A stretch of DNA of 64,000 bases from an uncultured Bacteroidales bacterium (GCA_963752195.1 CAVVXI010000004.1:197029-261028), one strand, 5' to 3'; positions 47,109-55,517 are shown, counted from the first letter of the stretch. The notes: generated by a model from the letters alone, not told the origin. Translations and numbers: made by a program.

Positions 47109-49436
47109 ATGATTATCAGGGCTTTTCAGATCAAAAATTACAGGTCAATCATAGATTCAGGGATCTGTTTTTTGTCACAGGATAATATTACTGCACTTAT
47201 AGGTCAGAATGAATCGGGCAAGACTTCCGTACTCGAAGCTTTGCTGTGCTTCTATAACGGCCGGATTACAGATGATATGTTACGAAGCGACCTGACTTTT
47301 CCCGAGATCAGTTGTATCTTTTCGCTTGATAAAACGAGTTTGGACCAGCTTATAGATTTTTCCCTGTTACCCGTTGAACTTCAAGCTGCATTGAGGGAAA
47401 AACGGGAGATCAAAATGGTAAGAAAGTGGTTGAGCGCCCGCAATAACATTTTAATGATCTCCGAACCTGAAGTGGATCAGTTTTTTGAATCCCTGAAGAA
47501 TAAGTCCGATTTAGCAGATAAAAAAATCAGGGAATCTCTGCCTTTGTTGGAAAGGCAATCTGAAGACATGAAGGTTGAACAGAACCAAATAAAAAGAGAA
47601 ATTGCCCTTTTGAATGAGGATGTCAGCCGGCAGCTTGCCAGGCTGGAGGAATTAAACCGGCAGTCAAAAAAGAATAAAAAACCTGAATCAGCAGTTACGA
47701 TTCAGCAGGATAGAGTTATGACAGCCCACGTTGTTGAAGAAGGAAAATCAAAACTCAACGACTTATCGGCCCGACTGGATCAGAATCTGAAAGCAGGCAG
47801 CCAGTTTAACCAAAAACTGGAGCTTTGCAGAAAATATGTTTCCGTCGAATCCTCTGCAGCAAAGCTCAGAAATGAAATAACTTCAAATGAATCCCAGATA
47901 AGGAATACGGAGCATCAACTTGAACTTTGCACATCAGAAAAGGAATTTAAGAATATCACGAGGCACCTGGAACAGTTACGGTTGATTCAAAAACAATATT
48001 CGGAACAGCTGACGGATTATGTAAATGAGTTTCAGCATCTTGAAAAATATGCACCGAGAATTCTCGAGGACAAGGATATAGATTCCGCATTGCAAGAGAC
48101 CACAGCCGAAATAAACCGGGAAAGAAGATATTGCTCTCCTGAAGAAATGGGAAGGCAGATCTACAATTATTTACCCGTATTTGAGTTTTTTGAGGATTTT
48201 AGCAGCCTTCTCCCAAATAAAATCGATCTTGAGGATCTGATAAATGAAAACCGGCAGGCCGAAGGCTATAATGCGGCCCAGAATTTCCTCCGTGTGGCAG
48301 GGCTAACCTCTGATTTTTTCAGGGAAAAAAACCACAGGATCCTGAAGCAGATGATTGAAAACCTGAACAGTGAAATAACCATCAATTTTCAGGATTACTG
48401 GTGCCAGCAGGTTGGGAAAGATGATAAAATCAGATTGAATTTTGAACTGGAACATTACGACAATACAATTCCCGAAAAAAGTGGTAAACCTTATCTGGAG
48501 TTCTGGATTAAGGATAAACAGGAAAGGTTGTATCCAAAACAGCGGAGCAGGGGAGTGAGATGGTTTCTTTCCTTTTATCTGGAATTGAAGGCGACGGCAA
48601 TAGAAAACCACATCAACAGGGTCCTTTTGATTGACGAACCAGGACTCAGCCTTCATGCGAGGGCCCAGGAGGATGTATTGAAAGTATTTGAAGATCTGAA
48701 GGGAAATATGCAGATTGTTTATTGCACTCATTCGCCGCACCTGATAGATCTACAGAAATTGCACCGGATAATGGCCGTTCAAAGAGCAAATGTGGCAGAT
48801 GAATCCAGTGAATCCACGATCCTCGACGCAAGATCATTGAGTACTGCATCGACCGACACGCTGACCCCAATCTATTCACTAATGGGTACCCGTTTGAATG
48901 ACAGACAGTTCATCTATCCAAAGAACAATATCATTGTTGGGGATACAGCCACTCTATTTTATCTGGAAGTCCTTTCCAGGATATTTGAAGTTGACTGCCA
49001 GGTTCATTTCATACCCACATCCGGTGATGACGGTATCCTGAATATGGCAAACCTGCTTTTTGGATGGAAGATTGATTTCGGCATATTGACTTTTGATAAT
49101 CCAATCGGCAAAAAAATTGCGGAATCACTCAGGAACAGCATATTTATGCGCAACGAGGATTTATCCGCGAAGAAAATACGCGAGATTTCGGGATTTGCAC
49201 AAATTGAAGATCTTTTTTCGACAATTGATTTTAAACGATATGTTTTAAAACAGCGGATCGGAATTACCGAATTAAATTCCAAATTCATTGAAATTAGCAA
49301 TCTGTCGCGAATTATCCTTGCTTCTGATTTCTGTTCACACGCTGAACAGGAAAAGCTGGGAAAGAATGATTTTGACGAGGAATCCCGTGCAAATTTTGAG
49401 TTATTGTTCAATTCCATCAGGAGCATGGTTGAATAG
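47109..49436 (+). CDS. ABC/OLD-family-like ATPase with long coiled-coil insertion and C-terminal TOPRIM-like region
   Basis: 775 aa. IKNYRSI...GQNESGKTS (Walker A); about 230-aa E/K/Q/L-rich coiled coil; RSRGVRWFLSFYL (signature-like); VLLIDEPGLSLH (Walker B/D-loop); CTHSPHLI (H-loop). The C-terminal NIIVGDTATLFYL...IPTSGDD...LTFDNPIG resembles a TOPRIM/DUF4435 layout. Confidence 0.75.
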   Translation: MIIRAFQIKNYRSIIDSGICFLSQDNITALIGQNESGKTSVLEALLCFYNGRITDDMLRSDLTFPEISCIFSLDKTSLDQLIDFSLLPVELQAALREKREIKMVRKWLSARNNILMISEPEVDQFFESLKNKSDLADKKIRESLPLLERQSEDMKVEQNQIKREIALLNEDVSRQLARLEELNRQSKKNKKPESAVTIQQDRVMTAHVVEEGKSKLNDLSARLDQNLKAGSQFNQKLELCRKYVSVESSAAKLRNEITSNESQIRNTEHQLELCTSEKEFKNITRHLEQLRLIQKQYSEQLTDYVNEFQHLEKYAPRILEDKDIDSALQETTAEINRERRYCSPEEMGRQIYNYLPVFEFFEDFSSLLPNKIDLEDLINENRQAEGYNAAQNFLRVAGLTSDFFREKNHRILKQMIENLNSEITINFQDYWCQQVGKDDKIRLNFELEHYDNTIPEKSGKPYLEFWIKDKQERLYPKQRSRGVRWFLSFYLELKATAIENHINRVLLIDEPGLSLHARAQEDVLKVFEDLKGNMQIVYCTHSPHLIDLQKLHRIMAVQRANVADESSESTILDARSLSTASTDTLTPIYSLMGTRLNDRQFIYPKNNIIVGDTATLFYLEVLSRIFEVDCQVHFIPTSGDDGILNMANLLFGWKIDFGILTFDNPIGKKIAESLRNSIFMRNEDLSAKKIREISGFAQIEDLFSTIDFKRYVLKQRIGITELNSKFIEISNLSRIILASDFCSHAEQEKLGKNDFDEESRANFELLFNSIRSMVE

Positions 49437-49449
49437 TGGAGGAATTGTA

Positions 49450-49506
49450 TTGCTGTTCTGCAGTTTTGTAGTCCTGCAGTTCTGCAATTCTGCAGTCATG
49501 TAGTCC
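49450..49506. repeat. Octamer tandem repeat (CTGCAGTT family, about 7 units), directly after the ATPase gene
   Basis: CTGCAGTT TTGTAGTC CTGCAGTT CTGCAATT CTGCAGTC ATGTAGTC. It is the reverse complement of the AACTGCAA family seen at 53.8 and 60.8 kb. Confidence 0.85.
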
Positions 49507-49601
49507 ATACCCCAGCATCCGGTATCTGGGCGTCATTGGTTAAATACCTTCTTTTTTGTATATTTGCCTTTTTAATTGTTTAAAGAGGAAAGAAATCCTA
49601 T

Positions 49602-51013
49602 ATGGCTGATTTTAACCTTGTAATGCCCAAATTGGGCGAAAGTGTGCAGGAAGCTACCATTATCAAATGGCTTGTCAAACCCGGTGACATGATCCAGGAG
49701 GATGATTCACTTCTTGAAATCGCCACCGATAAGGTGGATTCTGAAATCCCGTCCCCGGTTGCCGGTAAGATTCTCAAGGTACTGTTTCCTGAAAACGCCC
49801 TGGTCCCTGTGGGCGAAGTGATTGCTGTGATCAATACCGAAGGTACAGGCACTGTTGAAGAGTCGCCAGCCGCAGCGAGCGCAAAGCCCGAATCAGGAAA
49901 AGCTGACAAAAACCACGGCGAGGTTGAAAAAAACGCGGGAGCAGCGGAAGCGGAAGTTGAAGCCGGTAAAGGTGCAAATCATGTTAAAAAAGACGAAGTC
50001 GAAAAGGTTTCCCAGGTTGCGGAACCCCGGCAAAAAGAACCATCCGAAACTTTTTCCGGAAGATTTTATTCCCCTCTTGTCAAAAGCATCGCAAAGAAAG
50101 AAAATATTACTGAATCAGAACTTAATTCAATTCCCGGCCATGGAACCGACGGCAGGTTAAGAAAAACGGATGTTCTTCAATATCTTGAAAAACGTTCGAA
50201 GGAACCCGCCTCTTCCGCCCGGCAGGAACCGGTCCGCCAGGAATCCCAAGGCAGGAACCGGCAAAAAGGTCCGAACCTTCAAAAGTGAATATTTCCATGC
50301 AACCGGGTGACGAGATCGTTGAAATGGATCGCATGAGAAAGATGATTGCGGACCATATGGTGATGTCAAAACATACCTCCCCCCATGTGACCAATTTTGT
50401 GGAAGCAGATGTCACTAACCTGGTTTTATGGCGGGAAAGGATTAAAGACGATTTCCTTAAAAGGGAAAAGATCAAGCTAACCTTTATGCCTGCTTTTGTT
50501 GAAGCAACGGCCAAAGCATTAAAGGAATTTCCCGGTGTGAATGCTTCCGTTGACGGGGATAAAATAATCCTGCGAAAAAATATTAACATCGGTTTTGCTG
50601 TTGCTTTAAAATCGGGCAATCTCATTGTACCGGTCGTAAGAAATGCTGATCAGAAAAGTATGCTCGGCATTGCCGTTGAATTGAACCGGCTTGCGGAAGC
50701 ATCCCGGAACAACAATCTATCTCCCGACGATATTCAGGGAGGAACGTTTACAATTTCCAACTTTGGAACTTTCCGCAACATCACGGGAACTCCCATCATA
50801 AATCAACCGCAGGTGGCTATCCTGGCTACCGGAAACATCGAAAAGAAACCGGCTGTGCTGGAAACTCCCACGGGCGATGTGATCGCCATACGTCACAAAA
50901 TGATTCTTTCATTATCCTATGATCACAGGGTGGTGGACGGAGCCCTTGGTGGCATGTTTCTGAGAAGGATCGCCGATATTCTGGAAGAATTTGAAATTAA
51001 CCGAACGATATGA
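49602..51013 (+). pseudogene. 2-oxoacid dehydrogenase E2 (dihydrolipoamide acyltransferase), frame broken in the linker by an apparent 1-nt deletion near 50240-50252 (possible assembly error)
   Basis: ORF 49602-50288 holds the lipoyl domain (LEIATDKVDSEIPSP) and an E3-binding domain. ORF 50285-51013 holds the catalytic domain (...LSLSYDHRVVDGA...). The duplicated motif GGCAGGAACCGG reads RQEP in frame 1 and then in frame 2. Confidence 0.88.
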
Positions 51014-53118
51014 CTGTATTGAATATAACCGAACCCGTCGTAAATGCTGAATCCGCAACGACCAAAACACTGAAAATGGATATTCCTAAACGTTTTAGCA
51101 TAAAATCCACCGATAAGGAAATTCTTTCTCATTGGTTCCACCTGATGGTTTTGGGCAGGGCGCTGGATGACCGTGCACCCAATTATTTAAAGCAGGCCAT
51201 CGGCTGGTCGTATCATGCACCCTATGCAGGACATGATGGCATTCAGCTGGCTATTGGACAGGTTTTCAAGCGCGAGACAGATCATTTGTTCCCTTATTAT
51301 CGCGATCTGCTTACCTGCCTTTCGGGAGGATTAACGGCCGAGGAAATTATTTATAACGGGATTTCCAAAGACACGGATGTGGCCGGTGGCGGCCGGCATA
51401 TGTCGAATCACTTTGCCAAACCGGAATGGAACATAAACAATGTTTCTTCCGCCACGGGTAACCATGCCCTTCATGCCGCCGGTGTAGGCCGCGGCATGAA
51501 AAAATACGGGCATAAGGGAGTTTCCATTTGTTCGCAGGGGGAATCATCAGTATCGGAGGGATATGTGTATGAAGCGATCAACGGGGCCTCGAATGAAGAA
51601 TTACCCGTGATTTTCGTTTTCCAGGATAACGGGTACGGTATTTCTGTACCCAAAGCCGATCAAACTGCTAACCGTAAGGTGGCAAATAACTTCATCGGAT
51701 TTAAGAACCTTCGTATTATCCACTGCAACGGGAAAGATGTCTTCGATTCCATGAACGCTATGGTGGAAGCCCGCGACTGGGTACTGCAAAACCAGAAACC
51801 CTGTATTGTGCAGGCAAACTGTGTTCGCATGCATTCACATTCCAATTCCGACCGGCATGAATTGTACCGGGATGACCTGGAACTCAATTATGTTGCCGAA
51901 TATGATCCGCTGGGCAAATTTCGCCGCCTGCTTACCCGGTATAAAAGATTTACGGAAGAAGAACTTGTTGCCATTGAAGAACAGGTTAAACAGGAAGTGA
52001 AAGAAGCCCACCGAAAAGGTTTGGCGGCCCCTGACCCTGAACCGGCTTCTGTTTTGAATTTCGTTATGCCGGATCCCTATCCTGCAGAAAAATATCCGGA
52101 TGGCATTCATCGCATCGACGGTCCGAAAATGAAGCTTATCGAAGGGATCAATGAAACCTTAAAAACAGAATTCCGGTTAAATCCCGATACATTCCTGTGG
52201 GGCCAGGATGTGGCTAATAAGGATAAGGGCGGCATTTTTAATGTTACAAAAGGGATGCAACAGGAATTCGGCCGTGAAAGGGTATTTAATTCCCCCATTG
52301 CCGAGGACTTCATCATGGGTACCGCCAATGGAATGTCACGTTTCAATAAGAAAATAAGACTGGTTGTTGAAGGCGCTGAATTTGCAGATTATTTCTGGCC
52401 TGCCATGGAGCAGTTTGTTGAAACAACTCATGAATACTGGCGCACCAAGGGCCAGTTTTCTCCAAATGTTACAGTAAGGCTTGCTTCGGGAGGTTATATC
52501 GGTGGCGGACTATACCATTCGCAAACGATTGAAGGCGCCTTGACCACTTTCCCCGGAGTACGGATCGTATATCCCTCGTTTGCCGATGACGCAGCCGGAT
52601 TGCTTCGCACCAGCATGCGCAGCGAAGGCTTTACCATGTTCCTGGAACCAAAGGCGCTGTATAATTCTCCCCTGGCAGCAACCCCCATCCCCGATGACTT
52701 TGAGGTACCTTTCGGCAAAGCGCGCATACGTAGGGAGGGCAATGATCTGTCGGTTTTCACATATGGCAATACTACCCATATGTGCCTCCAGGCAGCCGAA
52801 AAGATGTCAGTTGAAACCGGCGTTAGCATTGAAGTTGTTGATCTCAGGTCACTGATTCCTCTTGATAAGGAAACTATTCTGAATTCTGTTAAAAAAACGG
52901 GCAAAGCACTTATTGTTCATGAGGATAAGGTGTTCTCAGGTTTTGGAGCGGAACTGTCGGCAACTATTATGGAACAGGCATTTGAGTTCCTCGATGGTCC
53001 GGTTAAAAGAGTGGGTTCCGCTTTTACCCCGATTGGCTTTAACAGAATCCTTGAAAAAGCCACTTTGCCGAACACAGATAAAATTCTGGAAGCTATGCGC
53101 GACCTTGTTAATTATTAG
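51010..53118 (+). CDS. Fused 2-oxoacid (branched-chain-type) dehydrogenase E1 alpha/beta
   Basis: 702 aa; TPP-binding alpha half then transketolase-like beta half; ATGA overlap with the E2 stop. Confidence 0.85.
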   Translation: MTVLNITEPVVNAESATTKTLKMDIPKRFSIKSTDKEILSHWFHLMVLGRALDDRAPNYLKQAIGWSYHAPYAGHDGIQLAIGQVFKRETDHLFPYYRDLLTCLSGGLTAEEIIYNGISKDTDVAGGGRHMSNHFAKPEWNINNVSSATGNHALHAAGVGRGMKKYGHKGVSICSQGESSVSEGYVYEAINGASNEELPVIFVFQDNGYGISVPKADQTANRKVANNFIGFKNLRIIHCNGKDVFDSMNAMVEARDWVLQNQKPCIVQANCVRMHSHSNSDRHELYRDDLELNYVAEYDPLGKFRRLLTRYKRFTEEELVAIEEQVKQEVKEAHRKGLAAPDPEPASVLNFVMPDPYPAEKYPDGIHRIDGPKMKLIEGINETLKTEFRLNPDTFLWGQDVANKDKGGIFNVTKGMQQEFGRERVFNSPIAEDFIMGTANGMSRFNKKIRLVVEGAEFADYFWPAMEQFVETTHEYWRTKGQFSPNVTVRLASGGYIGGGLYHSQTIEGALTTFPGVRIVYPSFADDAAGLLRTSMRSEGFTMFLEPKALYNSPLAATPIPDDFEVPFGKARIRREGNDLSVFTYGNTTHMCLQAAEKMSVETGVSIEVVDLRSLIPLDKETILNSVKKTGKALIVHEDKVFSGFGAELSATIMEQAFEFLDGPVKRVGSAFTPIGFNRILEKATLPNTDKILEAMRDLVNY

Positions 53119-53135
53119 GGACAAGGGACTGGCTT

Positions 53136-53168
53136 CCAACAACTATCAACCATCAACCAACAACGATC
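53136..53168. repeat. Heptamer tandem repeat (CCAACAA CTATCAA CCATCAA CCAACAA CGATC) ending at the flavodoxin start codon
   Basis: Read directly; the ATG at 53169 follows immediately. Confidence 0.8.
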
Positions 53169-53675
53169 ATGAAAAAAATAGGACTGATTTATAGTTTTAA
53201 TACAAACAAAACATCCCTAGCTGCGCGCAAGATTGGCGAAGAATTTGAAGCCGGCCAGGTTGATCAGTTGAATGCTGAAACGATTACCGAAAAGGAATTT
53301 TTATCTTTTGACAACCTCATCCTGGGTGTTCCTACCTGGTTCGATGGCGAACTACCCAACTACTGGGATGAATTTATACCCGCACTTGAGGATCTTGATC
53401 TGAAAGGAAAAACGATCGCTATTTTTGGAAATGGGAACCAGAAAGGTTATCCGGAAAACTTTTTGGATGCCGTTGGCATAATGGCTGATCTCCTTGAAAG
53501 CAGGGGAGCCCGGCTGATAGGTTTTACTCCTGTGAAAGGTTATGCCTTTGAAAGTTCAAGGGCAGTCCGGGAGGAGCAATTTACAGGACTTGCCCTGGAT
53601 TTTGAGAACCAGGGAACCCAGGTGAACTCCCGTATAAAAAAATGGACAGAACAGTTGAAAGGGGAGTTTAAGTAA
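53169..53675 (+). CDS. fldA: Long-chain flavodoxin
   Basis: 168 aa; LGVPTWFDGELPNYWDEF, GKTIAIFGNGNQ, FTGLALDFENQ match the flavodoxin pattern. The N-terminal phosphate-binding loop is atypical (SFNTNKTS). Confidence 0.8.
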   Translation: MKKIGLIYSFNTNKTSLAARKIGEEFEAGQVDQLNAETITEKEFLSFDNLILGVPTWFDGELPNYWDEFIPALEDLDLKGKTIAIFGNGNQKGYPENFLDAVGIMADLLESRGARLIGFTPVKGYAFESSRAVREEQFTGLALDFENQGTQVNSRIKKWTEQLKGEFK

Positions 53676-53678
53676 AAA

Positions 53679-53758
53679 TTTGAAGATTGAAGACATGGAG
53701 ATTTGATGATTTGGAGATTACAGATGGAACGATTGCATGATTGCAAGACTGCAAAACC
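53679..53758. repeat. Ten in-phase 8-nt units grading from TTTGAAGA to GCAAAACC, starting 3 nt after the flavodoxin stop
   Basis: TTTGAAGA TTGAAGAC ATGGAGAT TTGATGAT TTGGAGAT TACAGATG GAACGATT GCATGATT GCAAGACT GCAAAACC. Confidence 0.8.
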
Positions 53759-53811
53759 ATTCATGCGACTCTGACAGGTCCTGCGGACTCTGTCAGGTCG
53801 GATCCTGGAAT

Positions 53812-53872
53812 TCAGAACTGCAAAACTGAAAAGCAAAACTGCAAAACTGCAAAACTGCAAAACTGCAAAACT
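53812..53872. repeat. TGCAAAAC octamer tandem repeat (about 6 units)
   Basis: Perfect units at 53840, 53848, 53856 and 53864, plus degenerate leading units. Confidence 0.9.
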
Positions 53873-53908
53873 TTTAATTTTGCACATTAGCACATTAATT
53901 TTTTTCTC

Positions 53909-54394
53909 ATGAAAGTAATTTCAATATTTTTCTTTCTTTGTCTGTCTTTTGGCTTGAATGCACAGGATAAGATTACTCTTTACAATCCGGATTCCGATGC
54001 AAAAAAAGATTTGGAAGTGGCTGTTCAGTCAGCCCGCGATCAGCATAAACACGTGCTTATCCAGATTGGCGGAAATTGGTGCCCCTGGTGCATAAGACTG
54101 CATGGCGTTTTCGAGTCTGATGCGAAAGTGGATTCAATCCTCAGGGCAGATTACGTATTCATGCTTATTAATTACAGCAAGGAAAATAAAAATGAGGTTG
54201 TGCTGGCTGACCTGGGTTATCCTCAGCGGTTTGGCTTCCCCGTTTTACTTGTTCTTGATGAAGAAGGCAACCGTTTGCATACACAAAATACCGCCTATCT
54301 TGAAAAAGATAAAGGATATGACACGGATAAACTTGTCAATTTTTTGCTCGACTGGAATGAACAAGCTCTTGATCCGAAGTCTTATGTGAAGTGA
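53909..54394 (+). CDS. Secreted thioredoxin-fold protein (CxxC)
   Basis: 161 aa; signal peptide; GGNWCPWCIRL motif. Confidence 0.75.
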   Translation: MKVISIFFFLCLSFGLNAQDKITLYNPDSDAKKDLEVAVQSARDQHKHVLIQIGGNWCPWCIRLHGVFESDAKVDSILRADYVFMLINYSKENKNEVVLADLGYPQRFGFPVLLVLDEEGNRLHTQNTAYLEKDKGYDTDKLVNFLLDWNEQALDPKSYVK

Positions 54395-54420
54395 CTAGTG
54401 ACTAGTGACAAGTGACGAGG
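54386..54420. repeat. Heptamer tandem repeat (GTGAAGT GACTAGT GACTAGT GACAAGT GACGAGG) overlapping the stop codon
   Basis: Read directly; the stop TGA at 54392-54394 is inside the array. Confidence 0.85.
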
Positions 54421-54438
54421 GTGGATTTAGCACATTAA

Positions 54439-54466
54439 CTTTTCACTTTTAGTTTTTGGTTTTTAA
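54439..54466. repeat. Heptamer array CTTTTCA CTTTTAG TTTTTGG TTTTTAA (left arm of an inverted repeat flanking the aminotransferase gene)
   Basis: 54440-54457 is the exact reverse complement of 55412-55429 and of 55433-55450. Confidence 0.85.
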
Positions 54467-54474
54467 CTGGTAAT

Positions 54475-55419
54475 ATGTTTGACTCATTTAAAAAAGCGGT
54501 TTACAAAACGCCGCACAAAGGTGGCATACCGGGAGTAGATATGTCTTCCGCAACGTCTCCCTGCATTGTTTATTTGAATGGACGGTTTATTAGCAATAAT
54601 GAATCTTTAATCTCCACCGATGATCGTGGGTTTTATTTCGCTGATGGCATTTATGAGGTTGTAAAATATTACCGGGGCCTTCCGTTTTGCTTTGAAGATC
54701 ATATGATCCGTTTGAGAAACAGCATCTCTTCCATAAGGATTGATTTCGATACGTCAATTCTTCCCGATATATGCGACAAACTGATTGGAGACAATTTTCT
54801 GAAGGATGAATATGCCGGCATCTATATTCAGATTACCCGGGGTATTGCACCCCGGATACACCGCTTTCCGGGGAAAGAAGTTAAACCGACTTTGTTTTTG
54901 AGGGCTTTTGGTATGCCTTCATTTACGGATGATTTGCAGAAAGGCATTCGCGTAATTACCCGTGAGGATATCCGGTGGCTTAGATGTAATGTGAAATCCA
55001 TTGCACTGCTGCCCAATACAATGCTTTTTCAGGAGGCTGTTGAACAGAATGCGGGGGAATGTTTCCTGGTTAGGAACGGATTTTATACTGAAGCCACTCA
55101 TTCCAATATCATGGCAGTGATAGGAGGAACGGTTCATACACATCCCGACTCAAACCTGATCCTCCCCGGAATAACAAAAAGGGTGGTTATCCGACTATGT
55201 GATGAACTTTGCATTCCGCTCACTGAAAGGCCTGTTGAAAGCAGCGAAACCAGCCGGTTTGATGAGTGTTTTATAACCGGCACCGGCAGTGAGATTATGC
55301 CCGTTGTGGAAATCGACGGCCAATCTGTTGGGAATGGAAAACCCGGTCCCGTTACCAAACGATTGCAGGATGAATTTTTCAAATTGACCTATGGGAAGAA
55401 TATTTTAGTGAAAAACTAA
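54475..55419 (+). CDS. Class IV (D-amino-acid/branched-chain) aminotransferase
   Basis: 314 aa; ...YLNGRF...DRGFYFADGIYEV..., ...NVKSIALLPN... patterns. The true start may be Met23 (54541). Confidence 0.8.
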   Translation: MFDSFKKAVYKTPHKGGIPGVDMSSATSPCIVYLNGRFISNNESLISTDDRGFYFADGIYEVVKYYRGLPFCFEDHMIRLRNSISSIRIDFDTSILPDICDKLIGDNFLKDEYAGIYIQITRGIAPRIHRFPGKEVKPTLFLRAFGMPSFTDDLQKGIRVITREDIRWLRCNVKSIALLPNTMLFQEAVEQNAGECFLVRNGFYTEATHSNIMAVIGGTVHTHPDSNLILPGITKRVVIRLCDELCIPLTERPVESSETSRFDECFITGTGSEIMPVVEIDGQSVGNGKPGPVTKRLQDEFFKLTYGKNILVKN

Positions 55420-55473
55420 AAGTGAAAAACGAAAAACTAAAAGTGAAAAACTAAAAACTAAAAACTAAAAATT
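55411..55473. repeat. Nine in-phase heptamers (GAAAAAC/TAAAAGT/TAAAAAC) overlapping the aminotransferase stop codon
   Basis: Read directly; stop TAA at 55417-55419. Confidence 0.9.
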
Positions 55474-55494
55474 ATTTAAACAGTATCCCATCAC

Positions 55495-55517
55495 TTTTAT
55501 CTTTTAGTTTTTTAACG
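55495..55517. repeat. Complement-orientation heptamers (CTTTTAT CTTTTAG TTTTTTA), which can pair with 55411-55473
   Basis: Read directly. Confidence 0.7.

Noticed and set aside
53540-53893. 117-aa minus-strand ORF (FAVLQFCSFAVL...), with a similar 110-aa ORF at 60664-60996 and ORFs 29449-29973 and 29516-29698
   Set aside because: These are translations of tandem-repeat DNA, giving periodic low-complexity peptides. They overlap real gene ends and have no plausible start context. Spurious.
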